From IMG/VR virus record IMGVR_UViG_3300047299_000067, positions 1-64,000 of that record: a stretch of 64,000 nucleotides of DNA. One strand, given 5' to 3'. This DNA is from a virus. The stretch's first letter is position 1. Each line of letters starts with the position of its first letter. Under the pieces are notes generated by a model. The model did not search any database. It had not been told where the DNA came from and saw only the letters and a program-made list of their open reading frames with translations. The position numbers and the translations under genes were made by a program. Shown here one piece after another: positions 11,936 through 22,197 of the stretch.

Positions 11936-12505
11936 ATGCAAACGCAAGTAAATGTTAATATACAGGGTTTTGTTAAAATAACAGATTTGGAAACAAAGAA
12001 AGTTTTACGTGAAGTAGAAAATGCAGCAAATCCCGAAACAATGAGCTTAATCATAGCTTCTATGCTGCAAGGAAATAACAGCAAGTATCTGTATGAGTTG
12101 CATTTAGGAACCGGCGGAACAATTATTGATGAAACAGGTAATACAACATACAAAGACGTTAGTGAGAATTTATCGTTAGGAACGCTTGCAGATTTATACA
12201 ATCCTGGATTTTACAAAGTAATAGATACACTAAGTCCGGACAATACAGATCCTACTAGCAATCATGTTACTATAACTCATTTAGATGGATTAACATATAC
12301 TGACGTGGTTATCACTTGCACATTAACTGAAGAAGAACCGTTAAGTACGGGAGGCGAACTCGTTTTTAATGAAATCGGACTTAAGAGCCGCGGATCTAAC
12401 GGCTCTAATACTGGTTATTTGTTAACACATGCAGTATTTGAGCCTGTTACTAAGAATACAAGTAGAGCAATACAAATTGAATATATTTTACGCATACGTT
12501 CGTAA
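11936..12505 (+). CDS. Putative virion structural protein (baseplate/tail)
   Basis: AAGGA RBS; structural context; LVFNEIGL..LLTHAVFEPVTK..IQIEY motif. Confidence 0.6.
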   Translation: MQTQVNVNIQGFVKITDLETKKVLREVENAANPETMSLIIASMLQGNNSKYLYELHLGTGGTIIDETGNTTYKDVSENLSLGTLADLYNPGFYKVIDTLSPDNTDPTSNHVTITHLDGLTYTDVVITCTLTEEEPLSTGGELVFNEIGLKSRGSNGSNTGYLLTHAVFEPVTKNTSRAIQIEYILRIRS

Positions 12506-12508
12506 AAC

Positions 12509-12516
12509 GATAAATA
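12509..12516 (+). promoter_or_regulatory. Putative late promoter GATAAATA
   Basis: One mismatch to the T4 late consensus TATAAATA; intergenic, upstream of a structural gene. TTAAATA also occurs twice at about 11899-11917. Confidence 0.6.
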
Positions 12517-12536
12517 ATTAAAAGGAATTAAATGCA

Positions 12537-13466
12537 ATGGCATATGATGTTACAAAAACAGACGGTACACGATTAACTATCGTAGCAGATAGAACAGTCG
12601 ACGTTACTACCCCTATTAAATTAGTAGGTAAGAATTACGCAGGCTACGGCGAAATTATGGCTGAGAATTTGGTGCAGATGCTAGAGCATTTTAGTAGTCC
12701 AACTGCTCCGATTAACCCAATCGTAGGTCAACACTGGTGGAATAGCGTAGAAGAAGTATTATATGTTTATACAACTTCTGAATCATGGAGCCCGTTAGGC
12801 GGTAAAGATTTATTAGGCAGTTTACAAACCGGCTTTAAGATTGGCGTAATCCATGACAACGCCGGCGGCAGTCATCCTGCAATTCGTATTGTAGTAGGCG
12901 GTATCGACGTTGCGATTATTAGTTCTGACGCAGGTTCGTTTACTCCTGGTGGGGTAGATGTAGCGTTAGCAAGCAGATTCCCTGTTATCGGCCAGGGTAT
13001 TAACATGAATGATGGACAAGATGGCGGCTCTGATTATAGTAACTTTAAGATCCGTGGCCGCACTATGGAGGCAGAATTTGCTGACATGGCTGAAATTTAT
13101 CGCAGCGATGTTGAATTAGCCCCCGGTAACTTAGTTATACTAGGCGGAACAAAAGAAATTACAAAAACAAGCAAAGCCAATGATGATCAAATTTTTGGTG
13201 TTATTAGTACAGCCCCTGGCTTTTTATTAAACGCTAAAGAAAAGTTAAAAGAACATGCATATCCTGTTGCATTAAAAGGTCGCGTTCCTTGTTTAGTTGA
13301 CGGTCCTGTAACTAAAGGACAGCGTATTGTTGCAAGCGATATTGCAGGGGTTGGTATGGCAATGTCTACTAATAATGTAGATACTCAAGCTATTATCGGT
13401 CGTGCAATTGGAACTAAAGATAGTGCTGGTATTGGTTTAGTTGAAGTGGCGGTTGGTAGCAAGTAA
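12537..13466 (+). CDS. Tail fibre-associated protein with C-terminal chaperone/peptidase G2-like domain
   Basis: N-terminal LVGKNYAGYGE..ENL and PINPIVGQHWW motifs; C-terminal ADMAEIY..GVIST.PG..PVALKGRVP..IIGRA. Confidence 0.6.
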   Translation: MAYDVTKTDGTRLTIVADRTVDVTTPIKLVGKNYAGYGEIMAENLVQMLEHFSSPTAPINPIVGQHWWNSVEEVLYVYTTSESWSPLGGKDLLGSLQTGFKIGVIHDNAGGSHPAIRIVVGGIDVAIISSDAGSFTPGGVDVALASRFPVIGQGINMNDGQDGGSDYSNFKIRGRTMEAEFADMAEIYRSDVELAPGNLVILGGTKEITKTSKANDDQIFGVISTAPGFLLNAKEKLKEHAYPVALKGRVPCLVDGPVTKGQRIVASDIAGVGMAMSTNNVDTQAIIGRAIGTKDSAGIGLVEVAVGSK

Positions 13467-14485
13467 TGACTATCTCTACTGGATCGAAAATTACCGCCGT
13501 TGATTATAACGGCTTGGTAGAAAATACTAATAAGATTTTTGCCGACAATTATTCGTCTAGCACGCCATCTACTGATCCGACAGAACAAGCTGCTAGAGCA
13601 TTTGGATGGGGTAATGCAAATGCTACATTAGTTACAATGGGCACTAAAATTACTGCTAGTTTAGTTAACCAAGTAGTAGACAAACTAAACATTAGTGCAG
13701 AACATACCGGAAGCGAATACGTACTAGATCAAGTTATTCCCGGACAAAAAATTACAGCACAAATTTGGCAAGACATACAAACCGTTTTAAACGATGTTGC
13801 TCCTAATAAAAATACAGCAGCGATTGGACAAACGACAATATCACAATTAGGTTTTATTGAACATTCTGCTGGCTTTGGTCCGGCATTGACTTATACAGTT
13901 GCACTTACTTTTGACAGTTTTAATCAAGCTAGATACTTTTTTAATAGCGGAAGTACTATTAAGCTATCATTGGGCAAAGATGGCGGAAACGCAGCAGCTG
14001 ACTCGTGGGGTAGCGTTTATACCCGTTTTGGAACTGTAAATTTTAGCTTATCTAATACATTATCTACAACTTACAACATTATTAGCGAGAATTTAGGCTT
14101 TGAAGATTTAACAACCGGCGATCAACTGTTACTAACATGTAATGGTTTGGGCGGCGGTGGCTATGGATATGGTAGTTATGGATATGGAAGTGGCGGCTAT
14201 GGATATGGAAGTGGCGGCTATGGATATGGAAGTGGCGGCTATGGATATGGAAGTGGCGGCAGTAATAAACATATTAGGGTTTACGGCCGACTAACATCTT
14301 CGACTGGCGACTTCCATACAGGACCCGTAGTTATTACACTAACCGTTGCATTGACCTCTTCCGAAACTGATGTAACTGGAACACATACCCTATACGTCGA
14401 TAGTAATAAAGCTACAAATAAAACAAATGGTGCAGAAACTTTTTCCATAGTAGGCCCAAACTATGCAGGCTCCGCAAGTATCTAA
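13466..14485 (+). CDS. Putative virion structural protein with Gly/Tyr-rich repeat insertion
   Basis: Repeated KITA motifs, ARYFFNSGSTI motif, (GYGYGSG)n insertion; coupled to the upstream gene. Confidence 0.6.
   Translation: MTISTGSKITAVDYNGLVENTNKIFADNYSSSTPSTDPTEQAARAFGWGNANATLVTMGTKITASLVNQVVDKLNISAEHTGSEYVLDQVIPGQKITAQIWQDIQTVLNDVAPNKNTAAIGQTTISQLGFIEHSAGFGPALTYTVALTFDSFNQARYFFNSGSTIKLSLGKDGGNAAADSWGSVYTRFGTVNFSLSNTLSTTYNIISENLGFEDLTTGDQLLLTCNGLGGGGYGYGSYGYGSGGYGYGSGGYGYGSGGYGYGSGGSNKHIRVYGRLTSSTGDFHTGPVVITLTVALTSSETDVTGTHTLYVDSNKATNKTNGAETFSIVGPNYAGSASI
14177..14260 (+). repeat. Perfect tandem repeat, 21 bp x4 (TATGGATATGGAAGTGGCGGC), in frame, encoding YGYGSGG
   Basis: Read directly; a degenerate copy lies just upstream (about 14159-14176). 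Confidence 0.97.
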
Positions 14486-14500
14486 ATTGTTATTTTGCTA

Positions 14501-14508
14501 TATAAATA
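14501..14508 (+). promoter_or_regulatory. Putative late promoter TATAAATA heading the enzyme cluster
   Basis: Exact T4 gp55-type late consensus in the short gap between the structural genes and the enzyme block. Confidence 0.7.
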
Positions 14509-14529
14509 GTTAAAATAGCATTTAATACA

Positions 14530-14901
14530 ATGGAGCTCTGGATGGATGATAAACTCAAAGCTGCCTTAGAGTTTAGCAATTACCGCTTAACTTTAAGCAA
14601 TCAAAAACAAAATCTCAAGCAGCGAATGAACACTATGTTAACCGTAGGTTACATGAGTTCGCTTTTCACGGCAAAAATCGAATTACTCAATTTTGTCAAA
14701 CAACTAATCGATCTCGGGGCAGAACGTTATATCATATTGGATGATAACGAAAACCCAGTACTTGTTTCCAACTTACAAGAGTTTCACGAAAAATTGTTTA
14801 GTGCATACACAGAAGCATTAAATGAATATTATGTAGAATCCGAAAAGTTAAAGAAACAACGCGACACTAGCGGATTGGTTGGAGTAAATGAAAAAGTTTG
14901 A
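14530..14901 (+). CDS. Hypothetical phage protein (start may be 14542)
   Basis: ORF; GGAG RBS precedes the ATG at 14542. Confidence 0.7.
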   Translation: MELWMDDKLKAALEFSNYRLTLSNQKQNLKQRMNTMLTVGYMSSLFTAKIELLNFVKQLIDLGAERYIILDDNENPVLVSNLQEFHEKLFSAYTEALNEYYVESEKLKKQRDTSGLVGVNEKV

Positions 14902-15781
14902 ACGCGGCATACTGTTAATCGCTTATAATAACGGTAAGATAGCTTATGAAAAACTAGCTGCAATCGCAGCCAAGTGCGTTAAGCTACACATGAAAAACAA
15001 TCACGTTACGCTTTTAACTGATTATCCTACATTAAAAGCATTTGAACAGGTATATAACCAACATCAAATTGTTGAAATATTCGACCATATTATAGTCGAG
15101 GACATCGAACACGAACGTAATACTAGAACGCACAGAGACAGCCCGTGGGTTGAATTCTCAACGCAGTTTAACAATAAAAACAAGCATTCTATATTTGAAA
15201 AAAGTCCTTATAATAAAACACTAATGATCGACGTTGATTACTTAATTGGCAATGATACATTAGATGCTATATTTGATACTGACACAGAAGTTGCCATGTA
15301 CAAGCATGCAATTAGTGTTAGAAATTATGAGCCTAGAATTTGGGAACAAAAGCTACACCCCGATGGAATCGATATGTGGTGGAGTACAGCAGTGTATTGG
15401 CGCAGCGACAGCGAAACTGCTAAATTGTTTTTTGACTTATGGGCGCATGTTAAAGAAAACTATTCTTATTACAAATGGTTGTATAAATTCCCCGGCAGCT
15501 TGTTTAGAACAGACTATGCAGTTAGCATTGCTGCACATATTTTAAACGGGCATACTACAGGAAACTTAATACACGAATTGCCGGGCAAGGTTATGCGATT
15601 TAGCGAACAAATTGATGACGTTATTGAATTTACTAGCATGAGTGATATTTTGTTTTTATGCCCCGATCCTAAAGAACTTTGGAAAAATATTGCCAGCAGA
15701 ATAAAAAACGAAAACGTACACGTTATGAATAAAATGGCAATATTGCGCCACTACGACACTATTGAGAAATTTATATTATGA
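14888..15781 (+). CDS. Putative glycosyltransferase (GT-A fold, GT8-like)
   Basis: RGILLIAY N-terminus, SPYNKTLMIDVDY with DxD motif, FRTDYA. Confidence 0.6.
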   Translation: MKKFERGILLIAYNNGKIAYEKLAAIAAKCVKLHMKNNHVTLLTDYPTLKAFEQVYNQHQIVEIFDHIIVEDIEHERNTRTHRDSPWVEFSTQFNNKNKHSIFEKSPYNKTLMIDVDYLIGNDTLDAIFDTDTEVAMYKHAISVRNYEPRIWEQKLHPDGIDMWWSTAVYWRSDSETAKLFFDLWAHVKENYSYYKWLYKFPGSLFRTDYAVSIAAHILNGHTTGNLIHELPGKVMRFSEQIDDVIEFTSMSDILFLCPDPKELWKNIASRIKNENVHVMNKMAILRHYDTIEKFIL

Positions 15782-16620
15782 GCGAAGGTTATTTAATTGT
15801 TAATTGTAGTATGAAGAATTTAACGCAAGTTGAATTGTTAATTAAAAGTATTCGCTTGCACGATCCTTCTCGTCCTATTAGTATTATTGCACACGAAAAG
15901 AATTTGTCGTCTTATATTTTATACGTTGACAACGAAATATATATAGATAAGAAACGCAAAGGCGAATCGACACTTTACTTTGATTCGTTATTAGCAAGTC
16001 CTTATGAAAAAACCATTGCATTTGAACCCGATCAATTGCTAACAGAATTTAATCCAGCCGTTTGGGAAAATCTTCGTGGCATGAATTGCATTGTTATTCC
16101 AAAAACAAGATTTAATTTTGATAATACAGAATTAAAGCACGACAAGTTTACTAAAACCCTAGTTGAAAATAAAAGTTTTAACACCAACTCGTGCTTAAGT
16201 GCAATTTATTTTAATCGTGCAAAAGGCTGCGATTACGTATTTGGCCTAGCTGCACTAATTGCGGGACACTATAAGCAGCACGAATTTGTTGATTTTGCTG
16301 GCTCGTTGCCTAATAATGCTTTACCAAACTTCCCCGAAAATATTTGGCCAGCTTGGATCATGTCATTACTATCGAAAGTAGTCGAATTTAAAATAGCCAA
16401 ATTTGATTTTATTAAATGTATTGACTTTAGCCCCAGGGATAATGATATTGCCAGCGCGAATTGGACAACAAAAAAATGGACAGAGTTTTTAACATACTGG
16501 GTAAACGATACGGGCAGCATTAAAGTTGAAAATTTTGTACAGCAGGGTTTGATTAAATATTCTACCTCCGCATGGCTAAATGAACAAACGCTAACTAATT
16601 TAAGAAAAAAGTATATTTAA
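15778..16620 (+). CDS. Divergent paralog of the upstream glycosyltransferase-like protein
   Basis: EGYLIV N-terminus; SPYEKTIAFEPD aligns with SPYNKTLMIDVD, with the DxD changed to EPD. Confidence 0.5.
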   Translation: MSEGYLIVNCSMKNLTQVELLIKSIRLHDPSRPISIIAHEKNLSSYILYVDNEIYIDKKRKGESTLYFDSLLASPYEKTIAFEPDQLLTEFNPAVWENLRGMNCIVIPKTRFNFDNTELKHDKFTKTLVENKSFNTNSCLSAIYFNRAKGCDYVFGLAALIAGHYKQHEFVDFAGSLPNNALPNFPENIWPAWIMSLLSKVVEFKIAKFDFIKCIDFSPRDNDIASANWTTKKWTEFLTYWVNDTGSIKVENFVQQGLIKYSTSAWLNEQTLTNLRKKYI

Positions 16621-17568
16621 ATGTCAACTATAGAAATTGACGTACAGCAGTCAATATTAAAACGTAAACAAAAATCGAAAGATATATTTTACGTTGAATA
16701 TAACAAACTGACTAATCGCGTATTAAAAGTTACTAAGGAGAATATCTCTCCTAGCAATACACAGCACGCGATTATGACCACGGAAACATGTTCCGCTATT
16801 ACAAGTTTGTTTAATAGTTCTTTGGCCCTGCATGACTTAACTGTTAATTATAATACACATACAAACTTGGGCAAATTAGTAATCATCGAGCAGGTAAATC
16901 CCGAAGCTAATAATTTAACTATAGCAGAAAATAACAGTATAAATTTTATAGAAATATTCCCCGATACGGTTTGTAAGAGATTAGAAGTTACATTTGATCC
17001 TGAAAAATTTAAGCAAGCATTAACAGTAGATAATAATTTAGCACATAGACTAGAGCAGATGCCCGAATGGTTTGAAATTATTGCAGCAGACAAGTATGAA
17101 AAAAGTAAATTACTAGGGATGTTTGCATTTAATACTAAAGATCTGTTTACTAGCTTATCTACATCGGTATACGCACCATGGTTACCTGATACAGGAATAC
17201 ACGATATAGATTTTTTATATTCTAACCAATCTATTAATGTTTCTATTTTAACACAACTAGAGCCACATGTAAATGTACCGCACATAAAGCCAGCATTAGT
17301 TTACAAGCAAGACAATAATGTCTTAACAATACAAAACTTATACAAGCATTTGGGTATTTTTAATTTGGACAAGCACATTACGTTATTCATACACAGTGCA
17401 AACAATCCGGAAAAAATATTAGAAACTGTTAGGTTAAATACACACGAATTCGACAACTATGGACAAGTAGAGTGTATTTTGAATACAAGCCAGGCAGTAA
17501 ATATTATTTCGGATTCGAGACACTTACATATAGAAAACGCAAATGCTAACACCTATTACCAATTTTGA
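16621..17568 (+). CDS. Hypothetical protein
   Basis: 315-aa ORF abutting its neighbours; no recognisable motif. Confidence 0.7.
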   Translation: MSTIEIDVQQSILKRKQKSKDIFYVEYNKLTNRVLKVTKENISPSNTQHAIMTTETCSAITSLFNSSLALHDLTVNYNTHTNLGKLVIIEQVNPEANNLTIAENNSINFIEIFPDTVCKRLEVTFDPEKFKQALTVDNNLAHRLEQMPEWFEIIAADKYEKSKLLGMFAFNTKDLFTSLSTSVYAPWLPDTGIHDIDFLYSNQSINVSILTQLEPHVNVPHIKPALVYKQDNNVLTIQNLYKHLGIFNLDKHITLFIHSANNPEKILETVRLNTHEFDNYGQVECILNTSQAVNIISDSRHLHIENANANTYYQF

Positions 17569-18514
17569 CATAGTATTCATTAGTTATGATGAACCAAATG
17601 CTGATAAAAACTTCGCAGATTTATTAGAAAAAGCACCGTGGGCAAAACGAGTGCATGGTGTGAAAGGATTTGACGCTGCACACAAAGCCGCTGCAAAGGT
17701 AGCAACTACTGATAGATTCATTACAGTCGATGCCGACAATATTGTTAGAGAAGAATTCTTTAGCATTGAACTAGACATGAGCAAAATTAGCAAGCACGAT
17801 GTTATTAGTTGGGCAGGCAAGAATGTAATCAACGGTTTGGTATATGGCAATGGCGGCATTAAATTATGGCCCAAGCATGTAGTTGAGCAAATGCGAACTC
17901 ACGAAGCAGCCGAAGACCCCAAAGCACAGGTTGACTTTTGCTGGGATATCTATTATTATCAAATGAATAACATTTATTGCGATGTTAGCAATAATGCTAG
18001 TGCGTATCAAGCATTTCGTGCAGGATTTAGAGAAGGTATTAAGTTGTTGTTAGAAGGCGGACAACCAGTCGATCCTAGATTACTTAAACAACGAGTGCAT
18101 GATAGAAATTACAAGCGTATGTTAGTTTGGTCCAGCGTTGGCGCCGACGTAGAAAACGGATTATGGGCCATGTTCGGCACTAGACTGGGTGCATATATGT
18201 CTAACATAGCAAGGGCAGAGTTTGATTTTACCCTAGTTAGAGATTACGATTGGATCGACGGCTTTTGGGCAAACAGCATACAGCCGCAGTTTGCAGGCGC
18301 AGGCACCAAATGTAATGCAACAGGGTGGACATATGATGCTGATTTACTTAAGAAAAAGATTTTTACATTTGGCGAAACATTACGCGGGCAACTAGGATTA
18401 GAGTTAGCAGAGTTAGACAGTAATGGTTCTAAGATGTTTAAAGAAAGTTGGATCAATCCCCCGAGACTCGGTGCACTTGTAAAAGAATCCGAAGTGGATA
18501 ACGGAATAAATTAA
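17543..18514 (+). CDS. Putative glycosyltransferase, paralog family A (copy 1)
   Basis: SYDEPNA, HGVKGFDAAH, VDAD (DxD), NGLVYGNGGIKLW, AFRAGFREG. Confidence 0.6.
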   Translation: MLTPITNFDIVFISYDEPNADKNFADLLEKAPWAKRVHGVKGFDAAHKAAAKVATTDRFITVDADNIVREEFFSIELDMSKISKHDVISWAGKNVINGLVYGNGGIKLWPKHVVEQMRTHEAAEDPKAQVDFCWDIYYYQMNNIYCDVSNNASAYQAFRAGFREGIKLLLEGGQPVDPRLLKQRVHDRNYKRMLVWSSVGADVENGLWAMFGTRLGAYMSNIARAEFDFTLVRDYDWIDGFWANSIQPQFAGAGTKCNATGWTYDADLLKKKIFTFGETLRGQLGLELAELDSNGSKMFKESWINPPRLGALVKESEVDNGIN

Positions 18515-18517
18515 TAT

Positions 18518-19981
18518 ATGACAGAACAAAGTAAACCTGAAGTAAAAGAAGAAGACGGCGCGTTACAAAAAACACGTAATCAAGACTTTTTAGATTACAT
18601 GGATAGAACAATGTCCGGGATAGAATCGCATTTTGACAGTAAGAGTTTTTGCTCGGCTAAGTGGTTGCAAAGCACGACCAATTTACAAACAGGACAAACA
18701 CATAGTTGCCACCATCCGGTGCAACATAAAATTCCTATCGAAGAAGTGCTGTCTAACCCTACGGCTATTCATAATACCAAGCACAAAAAAGAACAACGCA
18801 AATTAATGCTAGAAGGAAAACGTCCTAGCGAATGCCATTATTGCTGGAATATCGAAGACTTGCCGGGAAAGCATTTTAGCGACAGAACATATAAAACAAC
18901 TGATTATATTTGGTCAGTTAACAACTTAAATGATATCGTAGATGCCGGACATAGCGGTGATATTATCCCTACATATTTAGAAGTTAGTTTTGAAAATACA
19001 TGTAATTTTAAATGCATGTATTGTACCCCCGATGTTAGTAGTAAATGGATGGAAGAAGTTGAGCGATTCGGTCCGTATCCGACCGGGCAGGGCGATTTGA
19101 GTTATATTGCTAAAGTGGGGAAAACTCCGATCCCAGTAAGAGAAAATAATCCATACATTGATGCTTTTTGGAAATGGTGGCCGGATTTATATCCTAAACT
19201 TAAAGTGTTTAGAGTTACGGGTGGAGAACCATTGTTAAGCAAAAACATGTGGAGATTGTTTGATTACATTATCGAAAATCCTCGCGATGATTTGAGTTTC
19301 GCCATCAATACCAATATGCAACCGCCAGATGAATTATTGGACAGATTGATTGAAAAGATTAATTTATTAGACGGTAAGTTAAAAAACTTAACGATCTTTA
19401 CTAGCTGCGAAGCTCATGGCGAACAAGCTAATTATATTAGGCACGGCATGAACTATGAAAAATGGTTAGCAAATTGCAGAAAGTTATTATCTAATACCAA
19501 AGTCGATTTAAACATCATGGTAACGTTTAATGGCCTTAGTGTGTTTTCGTTTAAAGACTTCTTAAAAGATGTATGGACATTACGAACAGAGTTTAACGAA
19601 GATGACGCTCACAATAGAATTCCTATTATGATTTCTTATTTGCGTTGGCCCGATCAACAAGGTATCAAACTTATTCCTAAAATATTTAAAGACAAACACT
19701 TTGCAGAAATAAAAGAGTATGTTATGAATAACATGCGTCAAACAAGTTCTAATAAAGCGGGTAGATTTTATTTAGAAGAATTGGATCAAATTAACCGACT
19801 TATAGAGTACAGTGAAAATACTTTTACTGAAGAAACAACGATTGAATTAAGAAAACATTTTTATAGATTTTTTAATGAATACGACAGACGCAAGGGATTG
19901 GATATTATTAAAACTTTTCCTGAGCTACACGAATATTGGGATTTTTGTAAAAGTCTGTCACGCAGACGCATTGGAGAATAA
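18518..19981 (+). CDS. Radical SAM protein with N-terminal twitch-like Cys module
   Basis: CNFKCMYC and GGEP; N-terminal FCSAKW..SCHH..CHYCW. Confidence 0.9.
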   Translation: MTEQSKPEVKEEDGALQKTRNQDFLDYMDRTMSGIESHFDSKSFCSAKWLQSTTNLQTGQTHSCHHPVQHKIPIEEVLSNPTAIHNTKHKKEQRKLMLEGKRPSECHYCWNIEDLPGKHFSDRTYKTTDYIWSVNNLNDIVDAGHSGDIIPTYLEVSFENTCNFKCMYCTPDVSSKWMEEVERFGPYPTGQGDLSYIAKVGKTPIPVRENNPYIDAFWKWWPDLYPKLKVFRVTGGEPLLSKNMWRLFDYIIENPRDDLSFAINTNMQPPDELLDRLIEKINLLDGKLKNLTIFTSCEAHGEQANYIRHGMNYEKWLANCRKLLSNTKVDLNIMVTFNGLSVFSFKDFLKDVWTLRTEFNEDDAHNRIPIMISYLRWPDQQGIKLIPKIFKDKHFAEIKEYVMNNMRQTSSNKAGRFYLEELDQINRLIEYSENTFTEETTIELRKHFYRFFNEYDRRKGLDIIKTFPELHEYWDFCKSLSRRRIGE

Positions 19982-21523
19982 ATGAAAAGAAATTACGTAG
20001 AGTACAAAGATAAATTTTTAAATCAAATTAGCCCGAGCTTTTGCGGCGCTAAATGGTACAATGCGACAGTGTGGCTCGGTAGTGGTACTACTGCAAGTTG
20101 CCATCACCCACCTGCACACAAAATCCCGCTAGAAGAAATCCAACGCAGCTACAAAGCATTGCACAATACTGAATATAAAAAGATGGTACGTAAGCAAATG
20201 CTTATTGGCGAGCGCCCAACAGAATGCGAATATTGTTGGAAAGTCGAAGACCTCGGCGCTGACAAAATTAGCGACCGAGTGTATAAGAGTATCATTTACT
20301 CTGACGAGGCAAATTTACAAGCAAAAGATTTGTTTAAAGAAACTGAAGATGTTGATCTTAAAACATTAGAAATCGCTTTCGATGCTAACTGTAATTTTGC
20401 ATGTAGCTATTGTAATCCAAGTTTTAGCACTAAGTGGATGGAAGACATTAAAACAAACGGCCCTTACCAGAATATGGTTAGTGACGGTGCGGGAGCTTAC
20501 CATCAAGATGGATCGTGGGCGCAACCATATGGTATTAAAAATCAAGGGAATCCGTATGTTGCAGCGTTTATGGAATGGTGGATAAACGATTTGCAACACA
20601 GCTTGCAGGAACTTAGAATCACCGGTGGCGAAGCAACAATGAGCCAGGACTTTTGGCGACTGATGGACTGGTGGGAAAAGAATCCCGAATGTACAGTCAA
20701 TTTAGCAGTTAATAGTAACTTAGGCGCAAAAAAGCAATTAATTGAACGTTTGGCAGAAGTTAGTCATAAAATGAAAAACTTTCATTTATACACTAGTAAT
20801 GAGTCTGTAGGAGCACATGCAGAGTATATTAGAGACGGACTTAAATGGGATACTTGGTTGGAAAATATCGAGTATATGCTTACACACGGCAACTTAAAAG
20901 GTTTGCACGTTATGATGACTCTAAATTCATTGAGCTTGTTTAGTATGATCGAGTTCATGGATAAGATGCTAGAACTTAGGCAAAAACATTGGTCCAAGAT
21001 GAACAATCAAACAGCAGTTATGAGCTTTAACATACTTCGTTTCCCTAGCTTCATGAGCATAGTGACGTTGCCGCAATCTATTAGAAATGAGTATGCAGAC
21101 AAATTAGAAGCATGGTTAACATCTAGACTAAGCGAAGTTAACAACCTAATACATGAACACGAAAAACAAGGTATCCAGCGTACGATTGCATATATTAGAG
21201 AAGTAGAAGTAGGGCATTATGGAACTAGTAGTATAGAATCGAGAGAACGCGATTTTAAAACATTTTATATGCAATATGATGTTCGTCGTAAGAAAAATTT
21301 TACACAAACGTTTCCCGAACTAGCTGAATGGTATAATGGTATTCCGGTGACTGAAATCGAATCGCTGCAAACATTAATCGAAGGCGACAGCACCAAAAAC
21401 TGGAAGCATGTTTCGGAATTGCATTTGCGAGCCGCCAAGGAAGGCTGGGTACTCAATAAACAGCAGTCTAATCCGGGTTCCCAAGATTACAAACCTACTA
21501 AAAAGAGACTGTGGGATATTTAA
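19982..21523 (+). CDS. Radical SAM protein with N-terminal twitch-like Cys module; close paralog of the upstream gene
   Basis: CNFACSYC and GGEA; N-terminal FCGAKW..SCHH..CEYCW. Confidence 0.9.
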   Translation: MKRNYVEYKDKFLNQISPSFCGAKWYNATVWLGSGTTASCHHPPAHKIPLEEIQRSYKALHNTEYKKMVRKQMLIGERPTECEYCWKVEDLGADKISDRVYKSIIYSDEANLQAKDLFKETEDVDLKTLEIAFDANCNFACSYCNPSFSTKWMEDIKTNGPYQNMVSDGAGAYHQDGSWAQPYGIKNQGNPYVAAFMEWWINDLQHSLQELRITGGEATMSQDFWRLMDWWEKNPECTVNLAVNSNLGAKKQLIERLAEVSHKMKNFHLYTSNESVGAHAEYIRDGLKWDTWLENIEYMLTHGNLKGLHVMMTLNSLSLFSMIEFMDKMLELRQKHWSKMNNQTAVMSFNILRFPSFMSIVTLPQSIRNEYADKLEAWLTSRLSEVNNLIHEHEKQGIQRTIAYIREVEVGHYGTSSIESRERDFKTFYMQYDVRRKKNFTQTFPELAEWYNGIPVTEIESLQTLIEGDSTKNWKHVSELHLRAAKEGWVLNKQQSNPGSQDYKPTKKRLWDI

Positions 21524-22197
21524 TGAAAAAGATAGCGGTTAATATAGTAGATGAAATAAATTTACACGAAGCGCATGACAATGTTATTAACTTCTTGTAT
21601 TCTACTCGCGACGAATATTTTCGAGATTTAGAACAAAACAATATTAAGATCGACTATTATATTTGCCATCCGCATGTTAAAGAAATTTACACAGGTCCGT
21701 TGTTTGAGAATTCTACAATAACTTCTTCTGTATTAACAAACGAAGAAGTTATGTTTAATAACGTGCATAACGGAACTAATACAGAAATACTCGCCAGGCT
21801 TAAAAACTTATTTCGCGTCATGTATAGGTCTTATATTAATTCACAAGCAATTCATCAAAATACAACTAAGCATTTATATGACATGGTTATTAGCTATGAC
21901 AAAAATCATAGCTTGATGTATTTTAAAACTAATAAAAAGAATTTTACACTAGAACAAGATTTTATGTTTATTAACATTATCGAACCTCGTTGGTTAAATG
22001 TTGATTATACATATTACACTTGTGCAACATCTACATTTTTTAAAATAGTAAACTTTTGGAGGTTTTTAAGTATAGTATCGGACCAAACATTTAATATATG
22101 GACGTGGTTAGATGGCAGGATAGATGCCGATCGTTTTATATTCCCAATGTGGTTAAGTAATCAAAATATTAAAGTTAGGAATATTCGTGGACTATAA
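21523..22197 (+). CDS. Hypothetical protein, possibly a degenerate member of family B
   Basis: TAATG coupling at 21521-21525; KKIAV N-terminus and YDMVI motif. Confidence 0.55.
   Translation: MKKIAVNIVDEINLHEAHDNVINFLYSTRDEYFRDLEQNNIKIDYYICHPHVKEIYTGPLFENSTITSSVLTNEEVMFNNVHNGTNTEILARLKNLFRVMYRSYINSQAIHQNTTKHLYDMVISYDKNHSLMYFKTNKKNFTLEQDFMFINIIEPRWLNVDYTYYTCATSTFFKIVNFWRFLSIVSDQTFNIWTWLDGRIDADRFIFPMWLSNQNIKVRNIRGL

Noticed and set aside
14159-14260. CRISPR array
   Set aside because: Contiguous in-frame tandem units without spacers; no cas genes.
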